Part shown: positions 25,566-40,050 of the stretch, piece by piece | How positions within the stretch are numbered: the stretch's first letter is position 1 | Layout of the letters: each line of letters opens with the position of its first letter | Assembly (NCBI RefSeq): GCF_000485595.1 | Contig: NW_014577085.1 | Coordinates: forward strand, 569,784 to 633,783 | Length of the DNA: 64,000 bases | Direction of reading: 5' to 3' | DNA from: Priapulus caudatus | Lineage: Eukaryota | Position numbers and translations under genes: made by a program | Notes under the pieces: model-generated | Told to the model about the DNA's origin: nothing | What the model saw: only the letters and a program-made list of their open reading frames with translations | The model's database searches: none

Positions 25566-28443
25566 CGTGCTGCGCCCTCATGAGTAGCGCTTCTCTACTG
25601 GTTAGGGCTTACCGTTGCGGTTATCCTCCTCGCCTCGGCGATGACTGCCTGCTGTCCCATGACGAAGGCTGCGCATCCTTTTACTGAATTTATATTGCAT
25701 CGTAATTATGTGTTGCCAATATAGCGCATGTGAGTTCTAGCACCATGCGTTGTGGATTTTCACGAGACTACGACAGCAGCCGGTGGAATCATTGGCAATC
25801 GCTCTTTTTCGGACAGCGGATGAGCGCTATAACCATGATTGGTTCAATTTAGATCGTGACGCGAGGGTACACACTTTTGTCAGGATATGGGTACGTGCTC
25901 TCTGTTCAGAGCAAGATCTCTTGACATATACGCCTCTTCTTCACTTGCACCGGCTTGGAACTTGTTTAGGGAAGAGGTAATGTTCTTGCACTCGTTGTAC
26001 GTGCATACATATAATTTTATGTCAGAGCGGAAAGATATCCTGATTCTGCTGGGCTAGAGATAGCATACGTCTAGTCGCCCAATAGAAACTGAAATAAGTG
26101 AGTCTTTTTGTTTGGACATCTACACGAAGGAAGCTGTGCTTCTTCTGTCAGAACGAGTTTTTCGTGGGTACGGTATGTCACCCTCTGTTCATACATGGAG
26201 TGGTTTTAGGTGTTATACGCTAGCGCGTCCCATTACTCGCCTAGCTCTGCCACGACCAAGCCTGCAGTGCTTCCTTTCACTTTTCCCCTCTCTCTCTCCG
26301 TTCTCTGTAGGCTCTGTCCTCTCATCCATCCTTTAACATCACATCTCTCGTGCTCTCATCAACTTACTCTATGATACTGTATCTTTCCTTTCTCCCGTCC
26401 TCGCGGATCTCCTCTTCGCTTGTTTAACACTGCTCTCTCCCCGGATAGGTATACCTGTTTCTGTGGCCTACTTCTACTGTCACCTGCCTATCGATACTCT
26501 TGTCTAGATACGGCATGTCTGTCTCTCGAGTCATCTGCGAGTCTACTGCATCTGCGCGGGCCTAAAGGAGAGTCATCGATCTCTCTCTGCGAGCAGTACA
26601 TCTCTTCTCTCTGCTCTCTCTCTCTCTTCTCTGTTCGTCGATACAGGGGTGTGTCACTAGCCGAATCAGTGAAAAGCTGACGAAAGAGATGCATGCGCCG
26701 ACGATCACTGGACGACTGCCAGGTGAGTCCTGGCGACTCGGCGGAGGAGACTGAGGAGGTAGGTGAGCGAGAGAATGGAGACAGGAGAGCAAGATGCGAT
26801 GGCGCGAGTCGTGCGCCGCCAAAAGCGGCGACAGCGCCTTTCCGAGGCTAGTAATGGGAGCGCCCCTCACTGCAGCCTCATTGTGGGGACGCTACCCTGC
26901 GGGCAAAGTACACAGTTACCTACAGCAGCCAGGTTCCGAGACGAGCATGCCTGCCCTTCAGGCAGCATCATCCAGCCGGCCAGGTGTCACACCGAGTGGC
27001 AACAGTCGACTGCGATGATCGTGGGACTATCACGTTGTCAGGAGTAGAGGCGCGACGGAGGCGTCTAGTGAGACTAAATGCTAACTTTTAAATCTAATAA
27101 GGCAAACATCATGAAAAAAAAAAAAAAAAGTGCGGTAAAATTTTTAAAGTAGACTATAGTCGCATAATCTTTGAGCAACACTAGTTTGCGCGACACTTCT
27201 CTCCCCATTAGTGTAATACCAGTAATGACAGTTTAGACTTGGATCGACGCTTACATAGTGCACACCGTTATTGTCTTCTCTTTGACAATTGCGGGTCTCT
27301 GGATGAGAAGGCCCGTGTCCGCATGTCCGTCTATGCGTTTGTAGGCCATAGGCATTCCCGCAGAGTAAGACCAAGTGCGTGAACTCGCCGGTCCATCTAG
27401 AATGAACTTATCCCACTCTGCGCACTATAAGTTACTAAATAAATCTGCTGGTATGAACTGAGGAAGTAAGTCCATATGTGCGTCTCCGTGAATCGTAATT
27501 ATCGCGTACTTAGCCGTACCGTTTGAGTTTCAATATATAAATATTAAAACTTTACCGTTGCTTTATTTTTTTTATATACTGCAAAGTTTTTCGAGTTATA
27601 AACAAAACTAAGAGAACGCGTAGATTTTTGACTGTATCAATTATTCACAAAACGTTACATGAATCTATGTGCGGGTATCATGGTATTTGCTGTTATCTAC
27701 TTTTCATATATGATCATTATTAACACTCGCCGACTCCCCCGTTTTAACCGAAAAATGCCAGTGCCGCGAAAGCGCTCACGTATGAGTGTGCGCTCCCATG
27801 CTGAGGATCATCCGGTTCGCTTACCTCTATACCGCTCTCAGCCTCTGAATCATACCGAGTAATCTGATAAAAGAACCATAAGATCCTTCCACTTGAAAAA
27901 AATTGAATATGCGTTGACAGAAATGCTTTGTGCGTTTATTCATATAGCAGCGAGAGTTCAGGCAATAACAGACAAGGCGACTTGGTTGAGACGCGCTTAT
28001 TGCCTTTTCCTCTGTATTTGCTTTCCACGCCATGTGTTGCGTTTCTTCCTGTCTTTTATTCTCTCTCTGTATCGACGCAACCCTTCGCCTTAGTTCTTTC
28101 TGTCTGTCTTATATCTGTCTCCATAGTATGCGTGTCTTTATACTGATAACAAAGATCCCGGCTGTCCTCTATATTACGATTACCTTGTCTGATACATCAT
28201 TACTCTGTACTTGTACTCTGTCAGTGTATTCTCGATAACTAATAACAACAGTTGTCAAGTAGGCTTGTTGTCAGTAGTTGTCTGTGAGTCCTGGTTCCCG
28301 ATTCTATTAATCCTATTCTTATCGATATCTATCTATCTATCTTCTAGCTATCTCTATCTGATTCTATTTAATTATAATAGAATGTCTGTTTTAGTTTTGT
28401 TTGATGTGCTAATTCTAATGCCAATACATGTCCGTCTCGAATC

Positions 28444-29929
28444 CGGTGATCAGGACTTGACTGATGCAGACCCTCTGACCTTTTTATCATTGTTTCTGAG
28501 TGATCATTTCTGGGATATTCTTGTTCTGGAGACAAATAGGTATGCTAAACAATATCTGGAGGCTGATGATACAGTGCTGAAACCCAAGTCCAGATATCAT
28601 GACTGGTATGAAGTAACAATAGTTGAAATGAAAGCATTTTTCGCGTTGCACCTTGCCATGGGGTTAGTCGACAAAGCTGAACTCACAGACTATTGGCAAC
28701 TATTTTGGCTTACTGAAACCCCAGGCTTCAACAAGGTTATGCCTAGAAACAGATTTCAAATAATCTTGTCATTCCTTCATTTCGTGAACAATGACGATCG
28801 CATAGCGCGTGGCGAGCCTGGTCACGACCGCCTGTTCAAGATACGTCCTATCATTGATGAAATTGTGCCACGCTTCAAAGCCATGTATTCTCCAAGAAAG
28901 GAATTATCCCTAGATGAGATGACTGTGGCCTTCAAGGGGAGATCAACACTAAAACAATATAATCCCAGAAAACCAGACAAATATGGGTACAAAGCATTTG
29001 TTCTGAGTGAGGCAGGGACAGGGTACGTCTTGGAGTGGTCGATGTATACTGGCCAAGATGAAGCAGGTGATCCTGACAATTTGGGTGCAACTCACCTGAC
29101 AGTGAGGAATTTGGTGACCCCTCAGTTCACAGGGAAAGGACATGAAGTCTATATGGATAGCTACTATACGAGTCCTGCTCTGGCCAATGAACTGGCTGAC
29201 AATTACACCGGTTTGTGTGGGACTGTAAACTGCAATCGCAGGTGGATGCCTGATGAACTCAAAACTAATGTGTTGGCGCTTCGTAAGGGAGATGATCCTG
29301 TGTTCATGCGTTCAAATCACCTGTTAGCCTGTGCTTGGCACGATACCAAACGTTTGACAATGCTCTCATCCATCCATGACAACTCTTGTGTCCCAAAGCG
29401 GATTCGGGTCAAGGGCACACCAGATGGATATCGTGACATCAACAAGCCTTTCTGTGTTGACAGATATAATAGTTACATGGGAGGAGTGGACACTGCAGAT
29501 CAAAGGTTGAAAACTTATCTGTTCCCTCATAGAAGTAAGAAATGGTACAACCGGATCTTCAATGCGCTTGTGAGCATCTGTACGGTGAATGCCCACATTA
29601 TATACTGCAAAGTCCATCCTGGTCCCCACAAGGTCTTGAAGGTTTTTCTTCAAGATATATGCACTGCATTACTAGAAGGACATAGAAAGAAGGAGTTCAG
29701 GGTGGGAAGACCCGCAGGGGAGATGCTTCAAAGGCTAGTGGAACGCCATTGGCTTGACGAAGTTCAAGATCGTCCTGATTGTGTAGTGTGCGCTGATCGC
29801 TCCCGTCCAGGTGGTCGCCGCCAGACCAAATACAGATGTCGCCAATGTGGAGCAGGACTTTGTGCTTATCCTTGTAATGAGAGATACCATACTCTACAGC
29901 ACTACAAAAAGTGCCATCTGGATGGGTAA
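28444..29929 (+). CDS. piggyBac transposase (PGBD4-like): core, catalytic DDD domain and C-terminal cysteine-rich domain
   Basis: Motifs ETNRYA, MPRNRF, SLDE, YNPRKPDKYG, YMDSYYTS, GTV, W.D, YNSYMGGVDTADQ, KKWY and a C-terminal CVVC...CRQC...LC..PC...YH. The first ~77 aa of the listed 572-aa ORF look like unrelated read-through. Confidence 0.95.
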
Positions 29930-30362
29930 AAAGTCTCAGAAACAAAGACAAAGTCCTATCTCACGGTTGACATTTATATTGATAACGCACCGTGAAACTA
30001 GATCATTTGTGTTGGGCATTTACACTAAGTAAGGACAAAAGACTAGGATAGCTTTGATTGTGCAAACGTTGGAATTGAACATAGATAGCATTTATCAAGA
30101 CAATATAGAAAAAGAACTGAGCAAATAGACTGAAAAGGGAAGATATGGGAAGATATATTGAAAATTTCAAGAAATCAAAGATGGCCGTCATGTGATGACG
30201 TCATCATATGCAAATTAGGTAATAAATTTTATTCTCATCATAAACTACTGATGATACTGAACATTTATTTCCATTACAGTAACAGTCTAGCTCTTACCAT
30301 TTTCAAACAGTAGCCTTTTGAAATCATGGTAAAAAAATAATAGATTTAAAAAAAAAGAATGC

Positions 30363-30379
30363 GGCAGGGAAAGGGTTAA
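30363..30379 (+). mobile_element. piggyBac 3' TIR and TTAA target site
   Basis: GGCAGGGAAAGGG|TTAA, the same 13-mer as at 23592-23604. Confidence 0.9.
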
Positions 30380-32084
30380 ACTTGATCTGACAATTTGATT
30401 CTTTGATCACGCATGGGTAACTGATTTTTCCCATGACTATGCATTACCCCACATCAGCTCATACTTCTGTCCGAATTATATTTGACACGAGTCTGGCTCG
30501 AAGTCCGGTTTTTATAGAAGATTGATGGACGTCACAAAAGGATTTCAAAAAAATCTTTGAACCCAAACGGTGATGTGCCCGCGGTTCACTAGTCCAAATA
30601 CCTACGGTTACGGGAACTTGGTTATATGGTGCGATGCATAGTTAGGCCTATAACACACTCGCCTGCAAAATGGCGGCTCCGGGGTTTGCATCTTCGCAGC
30701 CGGGATGGACGAAAACATTCCTCGTGGGTTTATTTCTTTTCTTAAACGTAAACACCCTAGAATGTTTGCGCGGAGTTAGGTTTACGCCGGAGGTGTAAGC
30801 AGACGAAATTCATGCGGGTTTTATTATTTATCGTTGTCTCTATGTGCGCAACCCTCAAATCCTTGTTTTATGTTTAAAATCTCTTCCGTCTTTTCCACGT
30901 CCGGCTCACTGGAGCCTTCCATAATGCTTGAGCGCTCAGCATGATACATCTGCGGCTCTTCTGAGAAGAGCCTTTTCTCGTTTTGCCTTTCGTTTCTCGT
31001 CTGCCTTTCGTTATATCTTGAGTCGGAATCTAGCAGGAAAAACGCAATCACGATATTCGATGCACCTTTCTGTCTCTCTGGGTCTCTATGTGCTTGAAAA
31101 AACCCCTGCGGTATCTGCTTTCATCACAAATCACGGCGACAACTATTTAGGTAGTGCATCCAATCTACGATGCCGAGGTCATATGAGCTTTTGGGGTACG
31201 TGGCATGTATGGAAATTGCTCTCATTTCTTGCTCTGCTCTGCTTCCTTTTCCCTATCTCGTGAAAAACATAGCTTCGCCATGGAAGTCCAGAAGGTTATT
31301 CATTCTGGGCGGTAGATAGGCATTCATTTGAGTTACTTCATTTAGTTTCGTGATATCTACGCAAACTAGGCGGATGCCGTTATTGTTGATGCCGTTGGCT
31401 ATTGCTGGGTTGTATCGCCCTATTGATTAGCATATACTATATTTTTATCCATCACGTTCTGCTAGGCTAGTGGAAAACTTAGTGGGGTTTGTTTGATTGG
31501 CCATTGCCTTCCAGTGTTGGATTGATGTTGAAAATGATTAGTATGTCCGGATGGTTTGCCGGGGATGGGGAATCGTGAGCTTTAACGCGCGTCAATGTCC
31601 CGGCAATCTTATAGAGCTTACGAGAAATCCGGAAATACGTATTCTGAAGTAGCACGCCGAGGTAATCTTGCAGTTTGGATTTAGTCGGACGGTTGAAATT
31701 TATTACCAATGGCTGAGTTAACGCGAGTAATGGGGATCATTCAGCCAATCTCATCTCCTTCACGTATTGTGCGGGCCTCGTTTCATGAAGTAAAACCTGA
31801 ATAACTTGGCATCTTAGTATGCTGTTCCTCCTTAGGTTCTACTATAAGTTATCAGCTTTTGATCTAATATTGCACATGGAACTTGGTCAATATGGTTCCA
31901 GACAGGCGATTTGGAAAGAAATATAATAGTGCTCTACCAAGGTTGACACATCTTTTTCCCAACGCCTTGTAGTTTCTTCCTAGAATGTAGTATGACGCTT
32001 ATAGAACACCACTATTTTGGAGCACTTTTTACGCACATCGTGTAACTCTATTCATGCAGGCATGCGTGCGTGCGTGCGTGCGTA

Positions 32085-32465
32085 GTCATCACTAACAGTA
32101 GCTGCGTGAAGGCGCTTTGCTCAAGACAGGTAAGATTGGATGTCTGGAAGCCGGACGGTGTGTGAGTCGCATGTTGCTGAGAAACTCCAACCCTGAATGC
32201 GAGTCTCGCAGATATCCACTGCCGCAATGCAAAATAGTAGACCCAAGACAGCGTATGAGTAGGAGATGTCTGCAGCTATCACTGTGTTATAAGCATGTAT
32301 GGTGACAGCAATTCTACAAAAAACCAACGACAGGCATATTGGCTATGGTATAATTAAACAACGCATGTCATCAGCAAAAATAATATATTTTGCTAGAAAC
32401 TATTGTAAATTCATGCTATTTCCGTAAGCACATACATATTACTAATCACCAAATAATAATTTCTA
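32085..32465 (+). pseudogene. POMK: POMK-like kinase, 3' fragment (indel-rich)
   Basis: Reads CKIVDPRQRMS and matches 45740-46137 at the nucleotide level. It begins right after a (GCGT)n tract and ends at an N-gap. Confidence 0.7.
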
Positions 32466-33034
32466 NNNNNNNNNNNNNNNNNNNNNNNNNGTAAGAAATG
32501 TTATGAATCATAGCAATACAAATTGAGTTGTTTTTCAAAACTTGGACGAGCTTAAAGTAAGTAATCTATGATAATTTTGCTGCCGCAAAACATGCCTGTT
32601 ATGTTAACCATCCCACCAAGCAATGGTAGTGGCGACGGTGACGGTGTGTGTGTGTGCGGCGCGTTGCGTGCGTACGTAGCCGTGCGTGCGGTTGCGCGTG
32701 TTCCTGTGCGTTGCGTGCGTGTGCGTGCGTGGCGTGCGTGCCTGCTAAGTGCGGTGTGCGTCGTGCGTGTGGTGTTGCTTTGTGGCGTGTGCGTATGGTG
32801 CGTGATGTGCGTTTTCTGTGCGTGGTATGTGTGTGTGTGATGTGTGTCGTGTGGGGAGGGCGGGTATGCTGTGAGTCGTACGCACGCTCTACGCAATGCT
32901 CTACATTTCGCACGACAGCCGGCTTGGACTGTTGAGGTTTCGAAACCCGCTCAACCTCCCCGCCGCGTTACACGTCCGCCCTGGCCGCTCCCCCAGTGTG
33001 CCTGCAGCAGCCGCCGAGCTCTCACACTCACACC

Positions 33035-33610
<576 letters not shown>

Positions 33611-34192
33611 CACGGCCCGATGCACGTACCCGCTCCCGTGCAGAACGCATTCGTCAAAACATCGTCTTTCGGACCGCGCCGTGGTCCTTTACGGCGGTAT
33701 CTTGTTTGCCCGGATATGCTTAACGCGCCTCGCATGCCCAATGCTACGCACGCCTGTCAGTGCGCGACGTCGCCGACGGGAGCAGGCAGGCGACTGTTGA
33801 CCACGATGGCGAGGAAATATAAGCTTGGATCGTAGATCACAACTAATGTAGTGCGGGAACGCTAATATGTACCAGGGTGGAACGAAGTGCGACGTGTGAC
33901 ACACAAACGCGCGCGAGCGCGCGGAGTGCGCACTGCACGCACCGCACGGCACGACCACGCACGCACGCACGCCAGCTACGCACGCAGCACATACGCACCG
34001 CTCATAGAAGACGGCTATGTTTGCGCGTGAGTATCCGTCCGTGACGTGCCGTGCAGTGCCGTCGCGTGCGTGCATGGGGCCGCTGGGGCGTTTGGCCGCG
34101 TCAAACCGTCTGGGGCGTGTGCGTTGCGGTCTGCGTGCGTACGTGCTGTTGCGTGGCGTGCGTGCGTGCGTGCGGTGCGTGCGTTGCACACA

Positions 34193-34690
34193 TTTACAAC
34201 TCCGTGAGGCGACAAGCGCGTATTCAGGTGCGTTAATTGGACCGGAAACGTCTTTCTTCCTATATATTGGTTCGACACCCATTTCAGGTAAAATGTCCAT
34301 GTCACTGAGAAGCAGGCGCATATCGTCAGAGAGAAGGTACTGAGAAAGAGTTGTCTTCCACGTGTTCTGATCGGCATTACATCGCCCCTTCTCATGCAGC
34401 ATAAGATTGATCGCTGCGTAGTCCATACACAGCAGCAGCTGCCGCTCGTCTGCTTGCTCCTGACTTAAGGACTGAATGTATTGTTCTGCATATCGGGCGT
34501 CACCTAGCTCATAGTATTCCACAGCAAACTCCTGCGTTATCTCACAGACGCCAATCAGCTGCACTACAAGCGGATTTGGTTGCAGCAACTGGTAGTTTGC
34601 CAGTGCTTGTTTATACTTCATCTTCTTTTTGGCTATAGGAAGTTGCATCAGCACGATCTTATGCCTTTTAAACGTAGTCTGAAATTGTAT
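34193..34690 (-). CDS. POMK: POMK/SGK196-like kinase, 5' part of exon 2 (open frame; exon 1 at about 34766-35000)
   Basis: tttacag acceptor. LQPNPLVVQLIGVCE..FAVEYYELG..LCMDYAAI..LH..GRCNADQN..KTTLSQYLLSDDMRLLLSDMDILP..APE parallels POMK VVTLLGYCE, TEYHPLG, MDYVSI, RVMCDSND, KTLSQYLL, NDLDALP, APE. Confidence 0.85.
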
Positions 34691-36900
34691 CTGTAAAGTA
34701 AAATAAAATAATGTCTTAGTTTAGTAAACACGTCTACGTAACGTCTGTGACAGAAAATGATTACACTTTGTAGCGATGCAATCATGCAAAGGATGCGACC
34801 GAAAGTTTCATATCGCGACATAGAAACAGATTTCGAGAACGTGCGAAATCTGTGTCGTTCGGTACGACGCGACGTACATGCGACGGTGCGATTTCTAGTG
34901 AGGTCGACAGTCGTAAGATGCAGCAACGCAGATACAGATAAGAAACAGCAATAAAACAAGAACAGCTGAGGTCCATAGCGCTGGTTCTCACCATCAACGC
35001 ATACGCCGAAGGCTGTTGCTGAAGCTAGAACAGCGACACCGATCGACACGGACGAAAGAACGTGTATCCCCCTTTAAAGGGCTAGCTAGAGGGAGAGAGG
35101 GCAGGGGAGAGACGAGTGTGACGCGACGCGTGACGTGTGTTGGGAAGTCCGAGTTTGAAGTTGACTATGCATGCTGTGCTGTGTATCTAGTATCGTATTT
35201 TACCCATGTGTGCATGTAGAATATAGCCTTTTTTATATATCATACGTGACTCTTTGGATTATCTCTGATTGCTGATTATACCGAAGGCGCATTTTCCATC
35301 ATTACAATTTCGTCTCCTTAAAATGTCTCTCGTTAATATTAATACGGTACAGATAAAGTTATCGTGAATTTTTCTTAGAACATCTTCAACGGTGGCAAAC
35401 CTTCTAAGAAGGAGAGGAAGCGAGTTAGTTGTTTCTAGGTCGCAACGGAAAGAGAGTTGACGTGTTTGACAGCCACACTATTATAAGGGCGAGCCGGTGC
35501 GAGAGTAAGTGTAAGTGAATTACGTGTTTAATTTAGATGTGATCGTACAAGATGTTTATCTTTATTTAATTTCATCAGTAGTCCTCCTTCCTTGTCCTGA
35601 ATTTATTGTGCATTTCTCTTCCAGCATAGCCTAGTCTGTGTAACGCACGCGCACGCACGCACGCACGTACGCACGCACGCGCGCACACACACACACCGTC
35701 ACCGTCGCCACTACCTTGCTTGGTGGGATGGTTAAAACAGCATGTTTTCGCAGCAAAATTCATAGATCTACTTACTGTAAGCTCGTCCAAGTTGAAAAAC
35801 AACTCATTTGTATTGCTAGATTCATAACATTTCTTCAGCAAACCTAAACAGTCTTGCGAACCTCTTCCTTTCAATGTTTACACAGTGTTTACACATCTGG
35901 GACATATACACGCAATCGCAGTTTTCAATAACAGTTCTTTTCTATGATAGAACAAGTTATAATTCATTATTCGATGTTTGTTCAGTACAAAATTGTGAAA
36001 TTTGTTTCAATCATATTACATTATCTAGATTACTTGTGCAATCAGCAAACAAATATTGTGTTTTATTCCAGGAACTACTTGCGCTAGCGTAGGCCTACTA
36101 TTAACGTTCTCAGTCAAATCGCTCAATCTGTACGCAAAAACTCTGTCCGACGGAGTTTCAAAATAGCATGAAAATTGTTAACTTCGGAGCACATTTCTGG
36201 CTCAATAAGAACATTTCGTGATGTTTGCATAGTGCACAGTACTAGTAGGTGTATGTAGGCTTTTTGTTGCGAAGTTTATCCGTCCTAAATACAGGTGCAC
36301 TGTCAATGTAGTAAGGATAATAATAAAAACATGCTAGTTAATACTTGTATGAAATTTATCCCGCACGACCACGTCTATAGCAAGGCGAGCGTGCCCACGT
36401 AAAGCAGATTGCTTCATCAGTGTAGGTGTCTAAAGGTGCGCCACCGTCATTGAAATTGGAACACTCTGCTGCTCGTGCAAAAAGGTAACCTTCTAAAGCT
36501 TTTTCGACCGAAATCGAGCCAGCCCTTCTAATATCATGTTCACAACAGCTAGAGCAAATATAAAATTGAGCAGCAGAGCGTTCTAATTTCAATGACGCAC
36601 CTTTAGACACTTGCCTCGATGAAGCAATTAGCTTTTTTAAGTGTATGACGAAAGCACGGGGGAGCGGCGGCGGGTTTGAGATATGTGTTGCCTCTTGGTG
36701 CATGTGTTCGTTTGACGATGGTGACACATCGGGTATAACATTGCCTGGCAATTAAGAGGATGCTGATGATGATGCATTGAGAGCCGCCACCTGCTGCCAC
36801 TCGCCATGCACTGTGATTAGAGCCACGGCAGCCATGTGCCGTCAGCTAATAATGCTAATCAAAGCTGACGAGCAAGGCACTGCTGAATTCATCTGCAATA

Positions 36901-37056
36901 ATTAGATATTAGTATGTATAGGCCCGCTGTAAACTCTCGTACATGCACGACGTACACACACACCTATATAAAGATGGTATGCACGCGCGCGCGCACGTGT
37001 TTGTGTGTCTGTGCGTTTTTTGGTTTGATATATATATATATCACAATTAAATAACA

Positions 37057-37088
<32 letters not shown>

Positions 37089-37722
37089 CAACCATTTGCC
37101 AACCGTGACAATGCCAACCATACGCCAACGTTGGTCCAACGTCATGCAGCCAACCATTTGCCAACCGCGTGACCATGCCAACCATACGCCAACGTTGGGC
37201 CAACGTCATGCAGCCAACCATTTGCCAACCGTTACCATGCCGACCATACGCTAACGTTGGCCCAACGTCATGCAGCCACCCATTTGCCAACTGTGACCAT
37301 GCCAACCATTCGCCAACGTTGGCGCAACGTCATGCAGCCAACCATTTGCCAACCGTGACCATGCCGACCATACGCCAACGTTGTCCCAACGTCATGCAGC
37401 CAATCACTTGCCAACCGTGACCATGCTAACCATACGCCAAGTTGGCCCCACGTCGTCATGCAACCAACCATTTGCCGACCGTGACAATGCCAATCATACG
37501 CCAACGTTGGCCCAACGTCATGCAGCCAATCACTTGCCAATTCTGCCAACTAGCATCATGCCAACCATATGCCAACGTTGGCCCAACGTCATGCAGCCAA
37601 CCATTTGCCAACTAGCATCTTGGCATCCATACGCCAACGTTGGGCCAACGTTTGCCAACCATACGCCAACGTTGGCCCAACGTCATGCAGCCAACCATTT
37701 CCAACTAGCATCATGCCAACCA
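36901..37722. repeat. CCAACGTTGG-core minisatellite element (clean copy)
   Basis: About 60-bp tandem units built on the palindrome CCAACGTTGG. An opposite-orientation piece beginning CCCAG lies at 45271-45484. Confidence 0.9.
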
Positions 37723-37861
37723 TCGCCCTGGGGTGCGGTGAAGCTAAAACAAAGATTTTTTTATTGGGCCCCAGTGCAGTCACAGCACTTGAAAGGCGTT
37801 TCAACTAAAAATAATCTAAATAAATACGAAAATCTATTTACTAAATTCTTAATACGCATAA

Positions 37862-37930
37862 GGCGTACACAAAAAATTGTTTGTTTCCGGTTACCCAACC
37901 GACCTAACCAAATAGTTGCGACCCTAAACA
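37862..37930 (+). mobile_element. Candidate left end of the Zator-like element
   Basis: TAA|GGCGTACACAAAAAATTGTTTGTTTCCGGTTACCC. The TWA target and 5'-GG end fit Zator rules. No matching right end was found. Confidence 0.4.
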
Positions 37931-39789
37931 TGTTTTGACGCACTTTTAAAAATGAAAATCAACAAATGCATCGATTGGACTTTTAATATAAATTTAAGAT
38001 GAATTTATTACGAAGCATAACCCTGCACATTGCGGCATGCAGCCAATTAACTCACCTCTATAAAATTAGGAAATGGCCTAAACATTTTATTGTCAATTTT
38101 CTTTGTTTTTCTATGGGCGCCACCATTTTTAAGTCATGTGATCACCCGGAAATGGCCGGAAATGGAAATGTGATCACACGCATGCGAATGCTGCGCGTGC
38201 GGAAAATGGCGGCACCCAGTCCCAAGCACTTGTCTTGCACTGCTTTTCGGTAAATGCGCCCACATGAAGAAAAAACGACTGTTGACAACAGTTCAGAACA
38301 ATGTACGCATCGTTTCGCTGCACGAGGAATATCATCCTGTTATAAAAGGATGCGATTTAGCCGTGAAATGTTCGAAAATGTTGGGATCGTTTGATTCGGC
38401 ATTGATGTCGATCCCGGCTGTCAGTTGCCAAATCTTTTAAACTTCGTGTACAAGCTATAAAGTTTATTTGTACCGAGAACCCCCAGGGACAGGAACTAGA
38501 CTTGGCGGAAATCGCAGAAGAGGCTACGACTACTAGTACTACTGTTGATGCCCTTTCAAATTTAATGGCAAATGAGCGGTCATTTCCACCCAAGAAAACG
38601 AGCAGGTAGGTATCTTTTTGTGTCCCACTATAAGCTTGAAAGGAAGTTAATCATTTAACAACCTTGAAAGACACAGGGACTTGCAATCTAGTTGCAAAAT
38701 GTACTTAAAGACTAAGACTGTGACCTAAGTTTAGTGCATGCATAGTCTGGTCACCCACATACCGGTGGTTCGTTTATATGACTATTCTACTCAAACATAT
38801 CGAAAGAAATCGAACATAAATTTTAAAAGCTACTTATATATACTAACAGCCAAATCCAAATTTTGTTCGATGTGTGTTTGGTAGAATCAAATAATAGCCA
38901 GATATCTCAATCGTTGTATTAGGGTTCCTAAGTTTGTAAAACACCGCCGATAGCGGTTTGTTGACTATTCAGATCAACATATCGAAACAAATCCCAACAT
39001 ATTTTATACCTAATCTTGACAGATATACATAGTACTAGATGAATACTACAGTAATTGCAAGGTATAGCTGGTTTAATTATTTAAATTCAATGGTATAAAT
39101 TTGTGAGTCGTTAAATGCAGTTCCAACTGACTTTGCATCAATGGTGAAACTGTACCGGGTACCCAAAAATTCAAAAATTTACCATGTATTCAGGGTAATA
39201 TTTTATAATGTTCTTGACATATTTCATGAAACATTCAAACAGATATTTACACCCACATTTATAGTGAAGTTCAAAGTATAAAAAATATTATGCTGTTCAT
39301 GTGTATTTAAACGGGTGAAAAATCGATGTAAACCATAGGGGAATATGCGAAAATTCCAGCACATGACGATGGATCCATTGAACATTGTAATATTATGCAG
39401 CACAACGTTCGATTTAGTGGGCCGAGTGCATTTGCACTGCAGACGTATTGTCTAGCCGCATTGTCTGGTTCGCTTGATACAATCATGATGCAATGTATAC
39501 ACATGTTCACAATTATGATCAACATCGGCCACAAATATGCTATGCCTGCTGTATAAAAACGCTAGTGTGACATAGTAAATTAGTAACTAAGGGCGCGCAC
39601 GGCGCTCGCGCTCAGTGTCGCACTTAGCTCAGGTGCGCTGTCCGTATAAAAGTTGATAAGCTCAACAAACCACTATCCGATTATGACGATTTTTTTTACT
39701 ATCCCGGCGGGATACCAAGCATTGAAATCTGGTATCCCGCACAAGAATCTGGTATTCTACGGATATCGGGATACCGCTAATTTCGACCG

Positions 39790-40050
39790 AGGTTAAGCTA
39801 ACTCGAGTAATACCTTAACTCGAGTTAAGGCCCCATATAGACGGTTAACTCGAGTTAGCGAATAGTACATAACTCACGATATGGCGGCAACACTTGTACT
39901 TAGGTTGACATCCCGGGTATTCGAGAGTCGGCTCCTCGCTGTTGTCATGTTAGATGCACATAATCGCTAACTCAAGTTAACGCTTAACTCGAGTTAGCTT
40001 AACTCGAGTTAGCTTAACTCGAGTTAAATTTCGTCATGTTAGACGAGGCA
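39790..40050. repeat. TTAACTCGAGTTA palindromic-unit element (Harbinger-MITE-like)
   Basis: Repeated 'aactcgagtta' units, ending '...tagacgaggc'. Confidence 0.6.

Noticed and set aside
25600..28200. Short ORFs in a noisy region
   Set aside because: No recognisable motifs, and the sequence appears low-accuracy, so I cannot support a call.
28211..28443. Hydrophobic N-terminal extension of the 572-aa transposase ORF, as a possible membrane-anchored fusion
   Set aside because: It is low-complexity TATC-rich noisy sequence upstream of the breakpoint. The true N-terminus is at 23392-22965 on the minus strand.
30400..32050. Possible degraded retroelement or other coding remnant
   Set aside because: Only a vague 'MGIIQP'-like hint, with no RT or integrase motif recoverable.
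33689..34192. C-terminal half of the 321-aa ORF as a novel kinase extension
   Set aside because: It is read-through into a GCAC-rich tract after the gene breaks at about 34193.
36964..37938. Regularly spaced palindromic repeats as a possible CRISPR array (also 5960-6710 and 54690-55165)
   Set aside because: The intervening sequences are themselves repeated, so there are no unique spacers. No cas genes are present and the context is eukaryotic.
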